Source: Ylistrum balloti (lineage: Eukaryota). Taken from it: DNA of 64,000 nt. Below, piece after piece: positions 37,379-48,800 of the stretch. Made by a program: the position numbers and the translations under genes. Numbering within the stretch: position 1 is the stretch's first letter; each line of letters opens with the position of its first letter. Where the stretch lies: NCBI RefSeq assembly GCF_031769215.1, contig NW_026782361.1:1054001-1118000 (forward strand), in the 5' to 3' direction. The notes under the pieces are model-generated. The model searched no databases. It was not told the origin of the DNA and worked only from the letters and a program-made list of their open reading frames with translations.

Positions 37379-38763
37379 CTTGAAAATGTATACTGTCTAG
37401 TTTGACATGACATTACTTGTATGTTCAAATGTATGTTCACACTTTTATTGAATGTGCATTAGAAAATTATTTGTTCAAAACATCATCTACAATGTACTCC
37501 TAAAAGAGTAATTGTATTTTTGTTCTCTTTTTTTTTCAGAAATGAAAGATGAGTTCTGTCCTATACCAGGATGTGGATATTCCACCAAGTACAAAAGTAA
37601 TCTTAAAAACCATGTGGCACGTATCCACACTCAAAAGGTACCGACATTTTACTATATACTCCACATCTTAATGTCCATCAGTAATCAGGTCAGGATGTTG
37701 TATCATATGGAAATGAGACCAAAGTTCCTAAATTCATTGTATCTAAACAGAGATCAAGATATTTCAATCATAGATGAAGTGCTATTTTGAAGTACGAATC
37801 AGATTACCACTGAAATGTATTGTTGAAAGTGTTTTCTGTAGGTTTTGTGGGATGAAATCCTCAAAGTATTTGTAACACAAGACAAAATTTATTTTATTTA
37901 TTGGAAAAAGTACAAGTAAATCAGTAGTTATCCATTGATAACAAGGCGAAAGGGAATTAATTTATCAGGTAAGAAATCTAGCTTCTGAAAATAAAGACAA
38001 TATTTAAATGTCCCACCACTATTCAAATAATCTGGACTTCTGTGATTGTGTAAGTTTTGTACTCGAGTTCTATCTCATTGTTAGAGCATTAGATAGTTCT
38101 AAATATATTGATAAGTAATAGAGGTCAGTGTTTATTCCACTGCCTCCTCTAGCTGTATTCTAGTCTGATGCTCATCTTCACCTGAAAAAGGGTTACACAC
38201 TGAACCCCCTCCAGGAATGGAAAGAACTTGTCAAATTCTTTCCATGGGTAACAGCGATGGTTATAAAACAAGGGCTAAGCATTGGTCAATATTTCTCTGA
38301 GTCCTGATGTGAAAGCCAATGTAACAGAGGATATGATCTATTACAATGCCTCCAATATCAGTATTCATGACGCTAAGTTTACCAAGATTGTCCTGATTGT
38401 GTAGGTAGAATATAATCTGTTGATCTGCGTACATATAGTTGTGTATTGTTTCCTCTACAGGATCTGAAACCGTTCCTTTGTCCCTACTGTGACTACAGAT
38501 GTAAAGAGAAAGGCAACCTCAACAAACATATCACAGGCAAGCACAAGATGGAGGTTGTCACCGTGGCTAAGCTAAGGAAGAATGCCATTAAAACAGGCAC
38601 AGGCTATCCTAACTTTGTCACCATGTCGCAGTCTAACACTGCTGCATCCTACTCAGAGGAGGAAAATATGGAAAGTCAAGTAAACATGGCAATGACTATG
38701 TCTGCCTCCTACAATCAGTATCAACTTGACTATAACATGCAGGTTTACAATGGTGTCACGTGA
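29136..38763 (+). CDS. BTB/POZ domain + 13 C2H2 zinc-finger transcription factor (ZBTB-like, 979 aa)
   Basis: Coding exons: 29136-31145, 31747-31965, 32240-32391, 35957-36033, 36941-37021, 37540-37637 and 38461-38763. All are GT-AG with phases 0,0,2,1,1,0, totalling 2940 nt. N-terminal BTB motif LWQRGQLCDAVI...AHRAVLCAASPYL, then a Ser-rich linker and 13 CxxC...HxxxH-type fingers. An in-frame stop lies upstream of the ATG in the exon starting at 29096. Confidence 0.92.
32400..33270. repeat. Intronic 58-bp tandem array
   Basis: Unit gtaaatctgtactgaatttgtctccacttggttagtctgtatctggttatatatacta, about 15 copies. It is more degenerate at the left end. Confidence 0.95.
33702..33875 (+). mobile_element. 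tRNA-derived SINE with CORE-like central domain
   Basis: A box tagctcagttgg, degenerate B box gagttcag, then gtgtccttatgcaagactcgtacctcaattgct (cf. gtgtccttgggcaagacactt-accc). Confidence 0.7.
33880..35800. repeat. Intronic 102-bp tandem array
   Basis: Unit ccagttagtctgtaaccttgttgatctgtacttagtctgtatccagatattctgtacccagttag(g/t)ctgtccctagttaacctgtacctacttaatctatac, about 18 copies with a few irregular units. Confidence 0.95.
36110..36855. repeat. ~56-bp intronic minisatellite interrupted by a MITE
   Basis: Unit ...ctaccatcagctctgtagggtcacaggatatgatacagctgagagtatgatac occurs three times at 36110-36284 and resumes at 36812-36855. Confidence 0.8.
36285..36811. mobile_element. 527-bp MITE with 13-bp TIRs and an apparent 6-bp TSD (TACCTA)
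   Basis: Left TIR is caggctgtccagc and the right TIR reverse complement is caagctgtccagc. TACCTA sits at 36279-36284 and 36812-36817. Subterminal (t/c)cctaaa motifs are repeated at both ends. Confidence 0.8.
37292..37372. repeat. Compound (CT)n/(CTGT)n microsatellite
   Basis: Seen directly in the sequence. Confidence 0.95.
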
Positions 38764-40037
38764 CACAGTGTTCAGATGTACAATGCTGCCATGTGACACA
38801 GTGTATAGACCTACAATGGTGCCATGTGACACAGTGTACAGGTTTACAATAGCACAAAGTGACACAGTGTACAGATCTACCATGGTGCCATGTGACACAG
38901 TGTACAGGTTACAATAGTGCCATGTGACACAGTGTACAGGTTTACAATAGTACCATGTGACACAGTGTACAGGTTACAATAGTACCATGTGACACAGTGT
39001 ACAGGTTACAATAGTACCATGTGACACAGTGTACAGGTAACAATAGTGCCATGTGACACAGTGTACAGGTTTACAATGGTGCCATATGACACAGTGTACA
39101 GGTTACAATAGTACCATGTGACACAGTGTACAGGTAACAATAGTGCCATGTGACACAGTGTACAGATCTACCATGGTGCCATGTGACACAGTGTACAGGT
39201 AACAATAGTGCCATGTGACACAGTGTACAGGTAACAATAGTGCCATATGACATAGTGTACAGGTTACAATAGTACCATGTGACACAGTGTACAGGTTTAC
39301 AATAGTACCATGTGACACAGTGTACAGATCTACCATGGTGCCATGTGACACAGTGTACAGGTTACAATAGTGCCATGTGACACAGTGTACAGGTCTACAG
39401 TAGTGCTATGTGACACAGTGTACAGGTAACAATGGTTCCATATGACAAAGTGTACAGGTTACAATAGTACCATGTGACACAGCGTCCAGGTCTACAATAG
39501 TACCATGTGACAGTGTACAGGTTATAATAGTACCATGTGACATAGTGTACAGGTTACAATGGTGCCATGTGATACAGTGTACAGGTTACAATGGTGCCAT
39601 GTGACACAGGGTACAGATCTACAATGGTGCCTTATGACACAGTGTACAGGTTACAATGGTGCCATGTGACATAGTGTACAGGTCTACAATAGTGCCATAT
39701 GACACAGCGTCCAGGTCTACAAGAGTACCATGTGACAGTGTACAGGTTATAATAGTAACATGTGACATAGTGTACAGGTTACAATGGTGCCATGTGATAC
39801 AGTGTACAGGTTACAATGGTGCCATGTGACACAGGGTACAGATCTACAATGGTGCCATGTGACACAGTGTACAGATCTACAATAGTACCATGTGACACAG
39901 TGTACAGCTCTACAATGGTGCCATTTGACACAGTGTACAGATCTACAATAGTGACATGTGACAGCGTACAGATGACAATGGTGCCATGTGACACAGTGTA
40001 TAGGTCTACAATAGTACCATGTGACACAGTGTACTGG
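38738..40037. repeat. 32/33-bp minisatellite overlapping the stop codon and 3'UTR of the BTB-ZF gene
   Basis: Unit catgtgacacagtgtacagg(t)ttacaatagt(a/g)c, about 40 copies. It produces the spurious HCVTW/TVSHGT ORFs. Confidence 0.95.
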
Positions 40038-41284
40038 TCTTGAATAGATCTCGAGGCCCCTCTCTAATATATTTGTATTCGTTTCCATGTATCTGAAGCC
40101 AGCTTCTTCACAAGACAAATAGTGAAAATGTAACATGTTTTTACTATATGTCTATACATATGTATCTCAGGAAAACTGTATTTGCAGCCATTCTAGTCAA
40201 ATTCCTTGTGTCAAAATATATCTTAACCTGTAATATCATTATGAACAGATGCATAAGAAGCATTTTGTTTTTTATGCTACCCGAAGGAAGATATGTATTG
40301 AGAAAATAAAACGCACAAAAACCTTACCTATTTTCAATAGCTTAAACATCTGTGTGTATGTTTGGCTATCTTGTATTAGAGAGGTACATGTATATAAAAC
40401 ATGTTACCTATATATATATCTCTGCTTGTATATAAGTATGTACCAATTTCTTGTCATATGTATGTCCAGGTACTTAATTTTTTATTGAATTGCTAGATAA
40501 TCGACAGAACATTTATAGATTAAAAGCCTTTTTACAGCTTGACAATATCAGACTATAGTGTGAGGTCATTACTATTTGTGGGGGGGTTATTTTTCACATT
40601 GTTTTTTGTTGGTACCCTTAATCCATGAATTCATATGTCCATGAACTGTTGTAAGTTAAGGACATTTATTGAACTATATTTATCCATGAAATCAAATTTT
40701 CATGAAAAAGTGATTTCTTTGAAAAATAATGAAAATTGTGCTTTACGAATATACATGTATATGATTTTACAGTACTTTGGTGTTTATGCAATTACTCAGC
40801 ACTGCGTGATACTTGGGCAATAATGAATGAAAGCAATTGTTTTATATGTCATTATCAGTGGTCATGTCTTTAAGCAATTTATTTCTGACAGTTATTTTAG
40901 GGGTCATGCCTGTATTCATCACTATGTCTAGTGCTTTATATTTAATGTTTTATTGATATTACTGTTATAAAAGTTGTAACATGACACAGAATTAAACATA
41001 ATATATACATGCTTACCATAATTTGCCTTTATATACATTTTACCTGTTATTAAATTGAAATATTACTGTTGTCATAATACACAATGGCAGAAATGATTTT
41101 TAACAGGTTTTGGTCATTGAATTTAATATTTATAAGAACTTGCACAAAATAAAGGTACTTTGAAGTAAACACTGTGTTTATTCTGTCTCTGTCCACCAGC
41201 AATTTCTTTTGTATACACAATTCATGTAAGTACTTCAAAATCTTTTTATCACATCACTGCTATGTGAACAAATATTCTGTCTTA

Positions 41285-42532
41285 CTGTGTGTTTGTGACT
41301 TACTTTGACTAGGGTACTAACACTACTTATTGTGTTTGTGACTTACTTTGACAAGGTTAATTACACTACCTGGTGTGTTTGTGACTTACTTTGACGAGGG
41401 TACTCACACTACCTAGTGTGTTTGTGACTTACTTTGACAAGGTTAATTACACTACCTGGTGTGTTTGTGACTTACTTTGACGAGGGTACTCACACTACCT
41501 AGTGTGTTTGTGACTTACTTTGACTAGGGTACTCACACTACCTGGTGTGTTTGTGACTTACTTTGACTAAGGTACTCACACCACCTAGTGTGTTTGTGAC
41601 TTACTTTGACTAGGGTACTCACACTACCTAGTGTGTTTGTGACTTACTTTGACTAGGGTACTCACACTACCTAGTGTGTTTGTGACTTACTTTGACTAAG
41701 GTACTCACACTACCTAGTGTGTTTGTGACTTACCTAGTGTGTTTGTGACTTACTTTGACTAAGGTACTCACACTACCTAGTGTGTTTGTGACTTACTTTG
41801 ACTAGGGTACTCACACTACCTAGTGTGTTTGTGACTTACTTTGACTAAGGTACTCGCACCACCTAGTGTGTTTGTGACTTACTTTGACGAGGGTACTCAC
41901 ACTACCTAGTGTGTTTGTGACTTACTTTGACTAGGGTACTCACATTACCTAGTGTGTTTGTGACTTACTTTGACTAGGGTACTAACACTACCTAGTGTGT
42001 TGTGACTTACTTTGACGAGGGTACTGACACTACCTGGTGCGTTTGTGACTTACTTTGACTAGGGTACTCACACTACCTGGTGTTATTGTGACTTACTTTG
42101 ACTAAGGTACTCACACTACCTAGTGTGTTTGTGACTTACTTTGACTAAGGTACTCACACTACCTAGTGTATTTGTGACTTACTTTGACTAAGGTACTCAC
42201 ACTACCTAGTGTGTTTGTGACTTACTTTGACTAAGGTACTCACACTACCTAGTGTGTTTGTGACTTACTTTGACTAAGGTACTCACACTACCTAGTGTGT
42301 TTGTGACTTACTTTGACTAAGGTACTCACACTACCTGGTGTTATTGTGACTTACTTTGACTAAGGTACTCACACTACCTAGTGTGTTTGTGACTTACTTT
42401 GACTAGGGTAATCACACTACCTATTGTGTTTGTGACTTACTTTGACTAGGGTACTCACACTACCTAGTGTGTTTGTGACTTACTTTGACTAGGGTACTCA
42501 CACTACCTAGTGTGTTTGTGACTTACTTTGAC
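41285..42532. repeat. 43-bp minisatellite (~29 copies)
   Basis: Unit gtgtttgtgacttactttgacta(g/a)ggtactcacactacctagt. Period 43 checked at 41584/41627. Confidence 0.97.
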
Positions 42533-42712
42533 TGCTGTGTAACAAATGCCAAGAATAAGATACATTTACTCTATTTAAGACAGTGTGATCTAATTATCAC
42601 CTGTAATGAGGACCTCTGGGATATACACTAACATTAAGCCTATATATGTCAATATGACCTTACGATCAGGTATTATGATGACCTCTGGGATATACACTAA
42701 CATTAACCTTAA

Positions 42713-43190
42713 TCTTACTATCAGGTGTAATAGTGACCTGTTGGAAGCTTACTATCAGGTGTAATAGTGACCTGTTGGAAGCTTACTATCAGGTGTAATA
42801 GTGACCTGTTGGAAGCTTACTATCAGGTGTAATAGTGACATGTTTGAAGCTTACTATCAGGTGTAATAGTGACCTGTTGGAAGCTTACTATCAGGTGTAA
42901 TAGTGACCTGTTGGAAGCTTACTATCAGGTGTAATAGTGACCTGTTGGAAGCTTACTATCAGGTGTAATAGTGACCTGTTGGAAGCTTACTATCAGGTGT
43001 AATAGTGACCTGTTGGAAGCTTACTATCAGGTGTAATAGTGACCTGTTGGAAGCTTACTATCAGGTGTAATAGTGACCTGTTGGAAGCTTAATATAAGGT
43101 GTAATAGTGACCTGTTGGAAGCTTACTATCAGACGTAATAGTGACCTGTTGGAAGCTTACTATCAGGTGTAATAGTGACCTGTTGGAAGC
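42713..43190. repeat. 34-bp minisatellite (~14 copies)
   Basis: Unit gtgacctgttggaagcttactatcaggtgtaata, near-perfect copies. Confidence 0.97.
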
Positions 43191-44664
43191 ACCATGTAAT
43201 AACTTCAGTATCAGTAAAATATGGGTAATCGTGTCCGAAATTACTGTATCCCTTCTAACTAGTACGCAAAGGAGATACAGCCACTGTGTTCCTGCAACTT
43301 TGGCTCTTGGTAAACCACAAGAAAGTCTCTCTGACCTACTTCCAGATGTAATGTAAATGTTAACCTTATCAAAACACAAACTTCCAACTTAGGTTACTGC
43401 TTGACTGCAGCTGAAACCAATTCATACAAAAAGCTGATGTTAGAAGGATAGTGTTAGGGCACCAATCTATCAAAAAACGTACATAAGACTTTAATTCTCC
43501 ATAATATTTTAATGGTGTAAACTGACATTCATACAAAACAGAGACCTACAACAAAGTATAAAATATAACTGTTTTATATCTGAACAGGAAATATGTCTTT
43601 AACATCCAATATGTTGTGAATATTTAAACAGAATATTCAAGTATCATAATCTTTGTTTACAATCTTACACAACATACCATTTTCTTTATGAACCAGGATA
43701 GATTTTTGGTTTTCAAACAATGTATAAAAAATTGATAAGACATAAAACATTGTCAAACTACCTTGACCATCCATGGTGATGTTTGCTAGTCATTACATCA
43801 CAAGTGTTACAATCAGAAGTGAGATTCCTTATACAGATCGAATGGGACCAATGTGGATCCATTACTGCAGCCCACAATTTTATAATGCATCAATGATTCT
43901 ATTGATAAAATTTCAAAATTTTCAAATAAATTCTGTGCTTTAAATTGACCTGTTACTCTTCATTGGTGTTATCATATTTTCATTTAAAACCTTTGCTTAA
44001 ATGTTCATTGAGTAATTTGTACAAAAATATCTGAAACATCAATGATTTGAAATCTATAAACCAACTGGATATTCTGGTCCACTGTTCAGGTATCAGCTTA
44101 CAAACCCTTGAGCACACTGAGGAATAAGTGCTCCCACATTCCACCAGGTACAATGACCAGAAACCACAATAATATTTTTGTGTATTTATCAGTTTACATC
44201 TGTACCACTGTGATGTAGTTGTTACCATGGTCGCAATTTAAAAACATTAAAAAAGAAAATTGTAAAAAAATTCATATATTCACTCCCATTATCATTCCAC
44301 CTTGCAAACCATACTTACTCCCTTAAAGCAATCATATAAACAGATGAATGTGTAAATTGTGTAGTTGTGACTTAGGTAAAAGTATGTATTATCTCCATCA
44401 ATGTTAAAAATAAAATGCAAAATATATATCTAAAAAAAAAAGTAAAACATTTAAAAATGAAACTTAATTTGCAAGAAGCGGAATGATGAACATAGTCTGG
44501 AGGTATTTAAGATGACGATAATTACAACACATATACAGCATGCTACAAAACTTAGCATTCTATCACATCAGTTCTATAGTAGAATGAAATAAAGTATGAA
44601 AGTTTGTTGAAACGTTTTTACTGCATACAAGAGGGTTAGGCTGCTACATGTACATGACTATAGG

Positions 44665-45190
44665 ATAGTTGTACAAAGTGTTACATAAATATAAGAGAGT
44701 CAGACAAAGTGTTACATGTACATAAGAGAGTTAGACAAAGTGTTACACAAATATAAGAGAGTCAGACAAAGTGTTGCATGTACCTAAGAGTTGGACAAAG
44801 TGTTACATCTATAAAGGAGAGTCAGACAAAGTGTTACATGTACCTAAGAGAGTCAGACAAAGTGTTACATGTACCTAAGAGAGTCAGACAAAGTGTTACA
44901 TGTACCTAAGAGAGTCAGACAAAGTGTTTCATGTACCTAAGAGAGTCAGACAAAGTGTTACATGTACCTAAGAGAGTCAGACAAAGTGTTACATGTACCT
45001 AAGAGAGCCAGACAAAGTGTTACATGTACCTAAGAGAGTCAGACAAAGTGTTTCATGTACCTAAGAGAGTCAGACAAAGTGTTACATGTACATAAGAGAG
45101 TCAGACAAAGTGTTACATGTACCTAAGAAAGTCAGACAAAGTGTTTCATGTACCTAAGAGAGTCAGACAAAGTGTTACATGTACATTAGA
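44665..45190. repeat. 31-bp minisatellite (~17 copies)
   Basis: Unit gtcagacaaagtgttacatgtacctaagaga. Confidence 0.97.
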
Positions 45191-45893
45191 GTGTCACAGG
45201 TTACATATAGATATTCTCTACTTTGTAAAGGTGGATAGGTAAAAATTTTACTTATCTATACTTATGTACTGATTATACAACAACTGTTTGTTGTACATAC
45301 ATCTTAATGATTTTTAGCATATAATAGAATAATAATCAACACAAAACTACCTATTTAGAACCATATATAGAGACATCAACAATCTTGCACAATTGCCCTC
45401 AGCCATACTGCTATACTTGATCTATGATTGGAAATAACTTATCCACAGTTCTTCAATCTTTTAAATAACTTTTAATTATCTATTTTACCATTGCCATTTC
45501 CATGAAACAATTTATGAAGTGAAATATTACTTTCACCTTTATCGGAATTATACTATTTCACATAAAGGTGATTTTTGTATAAAATTATCAAAGAGTGATG
45601 AATCATTTTACAGAATCAGACACTCACAAAAAATATTCATTTTTGAGAAACAGATCCAAAGAAGAAAAAAATTCTAGAATGAAAAGCATTGTAAACTTAA
45701 GATAAAGAGTTAAGAGTAAATAAACTATCTTGCTCACAGGTAACATACATGAACTATTGGGATTTTAGTGAAAAGAAAATAAGAACTTTCCGATAAAGTA
45801 GATCATTATAAAATACTGTGGGTGTTATATTAGGTAATATATTTGAAAAAGTTGTATAGAAATTTTGATAAATGCCTAGTAGACAATCTAATG

Positions 45894-48800
45894 TTATCTC
45901 TGACAAAAGTTTATGAGGATAAAACTGGCAATGATGGACATGGCAGCGATCCCAGAGGATGGACTGTAGAATGGAGCCTTGGCGCTGCAGGGAACAGCTA
46001 GCTGACTGTTGGAGCGTATCACATTATATGGTTGTTGCTCAGGTGGACATGTGATACCAGACTTCTACAACACATATATACACTTCCAGTCATCAAAACA
46101 AGGTTTCACAGAATTTTGGGGTTTTTTTTTTAGTGCATGACATTAGGTAATCAACATAAATTTACTGAATCATAACCCTGAAGTTTCTGCCTTAAAAAAA
46201 ACTGGCATTAAGCATTTCATATTGCAACAAGCAGATAATTTTTTTTCTATTCTAGTCTCAAATTTATGCACTTATAGAATTTTAAGATTGATTCTGTCAC
46301 ATAGCATGGAAAACAGCACTATAACTGACATCAAAAGGACACAGCATAACCACTGTAACCTGATAATATTAAGATGAATTAGATGGAAGGGAGACAACTC
46401 CAGACTTACCCGACACATTTCTGTACACGAGGGACAGATGACTGACCCAGAGTGTAAATAGTGGTTTGATGTGTAGCTTACTGCTACTCTCTGACCTTCT
46501 TGTACACAGCGATGAGATTGACCACCAATGTTCAGCACAAGTCCAGCTTGACTACTGCAGTGATACTGTAACAGACATTCAATACAAGGCACTGACAATG
46601 TATTCTATCTACCAAATAACACTTACTGAAAATTCAAAGCATCAAAACTTAACAGCTTCTTTAATCTGTGTTTACAAAACATTATTTTATAGAATTATAC
46701 CAGGAGATATAGACAAATCATATATATATATATAATAATTGCTTCACTCCAAAACATAGTTCCAAACTTCATCTGACTGCAGTTTTATTAATTTTCCTGT
46801 AACTTTTTCATAAAACAAACAAAATAATTTATTCTGACAATTATTCATAACATTGATTATAGCAAATTAATGCACATACTAAAATACAGCTGTTTTCATC
46901 ACTGCCAAAAACAGCAAATAATGTATATGACATAAGTATTCTGAAGTAATGATGAAATAATTCTACCCTATTTTGTCCCAATCTATAACATGGTGTGGTG
47001 CACTCACCTGATAACAGCCACTTCCCCAGTGTGGCAGACTCAGTAGACTGGAACACTGTTGTAGTTTCCAGAGTCTATCATGGTTGAAACACTTGCTATC
47101 GTAGCCATAAGTCTCTCCAAAGAAGCTAATGGTTGGATCTGAGCAAGATAAAGTATTTTGCATTTTTCAATGGAGGTAAATTACAATATGCATAAAAACA
47201 GATCATATGCAACAGAAAAAAAAATAAATTCTGAAGTTATGGTTTATCAGATAATAAGAAAAGAAAGTCCCAAATTACTAAGCATAAGAAAAATTAAATT
47301 CGCTCATCATATTGTCTAGTCTTTTGAAACAAATCTGTATTCATTCTACAAAATGGATCTGCGTTACAACTATGTCAACAGGTAAATACCTGTTTCACTT
47401 AATGGTGTCACCTAATAATGTTTGTATTACTTATTGGAAAGCAAGTCACCTAACAAAAGATGTGTTACTTGATGGAAGAGCCATTCACCTTGTAAAGGTT
47501 GTGCTACTTAATAGAAGAGCCAGTCACCTTGTAAAGGTTGTGCTATTTAATAGAAGAGCCAGTAACTTTACAAGAGATTTGTTACTTAAAGGAAGAGCCA
47601 GTCACCTTGTAGGGTTGTGCTACTTAACAGAAGAGCCAGTCACTTTACTAGAGATTTGTTACTTAATGGAAGAGCCAGTCACCTTTTAAAGTTGTGCTAC
47701 TTAATAGAAGAGCCAGTCACCTTACAAGAGATTTGTTACTTAATGGAAGAGCCAGTCATGTTGTAAAGGTTATGCTACTTAATAGAAGAGCCAGTCACCC
47801 TGTAAAGGTTGTGCTATTTAATAGAAGAGCCAACAGTACAAAGGTTGTGCTACTTGATGGAAGAGCCAACCATACAAATTTTGTGCTAATTAATGAAAGA
47901 CCCAGTCGCCTTCAAAAGACTGTTACCGGTATTTAATGGTAGAGCCAACTGCCTTACAATGGTTGTGTTACTAAATAGAAGAGTCAGTCACCTCACGGTA
48001 ATAGGAAGGTGTAATGAAAAACACAATTCCACTGCTGGGGTTCAAACTAGTGACTTTTCCCACTAGCCAAGGCTAGCAAGGTGACCTGTATTCTATAATT
48101 CTACTCTACTCCCTCCTTCACAAATCTTTGACCCTGAAACAACAACAAGCCAGGATCAATATCTCCAAGGAAGCATCTCAATCTCTTATAGCTTCTACCC
48201 TTGGAGTAGTCAACAGCACCAAATCTGTAAAAGGAAGAAGCAATGAAAAACACCCTGCCACCACTGGGGTTTAAACTAGCATCCCTTCAGTGACTAATGG
48301 AAGAGCCAGTCACCTTTAAAAGGCTGTGTTACCTAATGGAAAAGTCAGTCACCTTTAAAAGGCAGTGTTACTTAATGGAAGAGCCAGTCACCTTTAAAAG
48401 GCAGTGTTACTTAATGGAAGAGCCAGTCACCTTAAAATGGCTGTTACCTAATGGAAGAGCCAGTCACCTTTAAAAGGCAGTGTTACTTAATGGAAGAGCC
48501 AGTCACCTGACAAAGGTTGTATTACTTGATTTACTTAATGTAAGGTCCTAGAGCCAGAGTTAACTCACGAAGGCTGAGTTACTCGATAGAAGAGTCAGTC
48601 ATCTTAGAAAGCTTCTACATTAAAAGTTGTTGGAGGATGAAGTAAAACAATGAAATCAGTAGAGCAAATCTTAATCCATTTCATATACATAACAATGATA
48701 TTAGTAGATCAAACCCTAATCCATTTCATATACATAACAATGATATCAGTAGATCAAACCCTAATCTATTTCATATACATAACAATGATATCAGCAGAGA

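Noticed and set aside
38653-40136. Cys/His/Trp-rich repetitive ORFs (HCVTW, TVSHGT)
   Set aside because: Translation artefacts of the 32/33-bp minisatellite.
41285-45190. CRISPR-like appearance of 31-43 bp direct repeats
   Set aside because: The repeats are contiguous with no unique spacers, there are no cas genes, and the context is eukaryotic.
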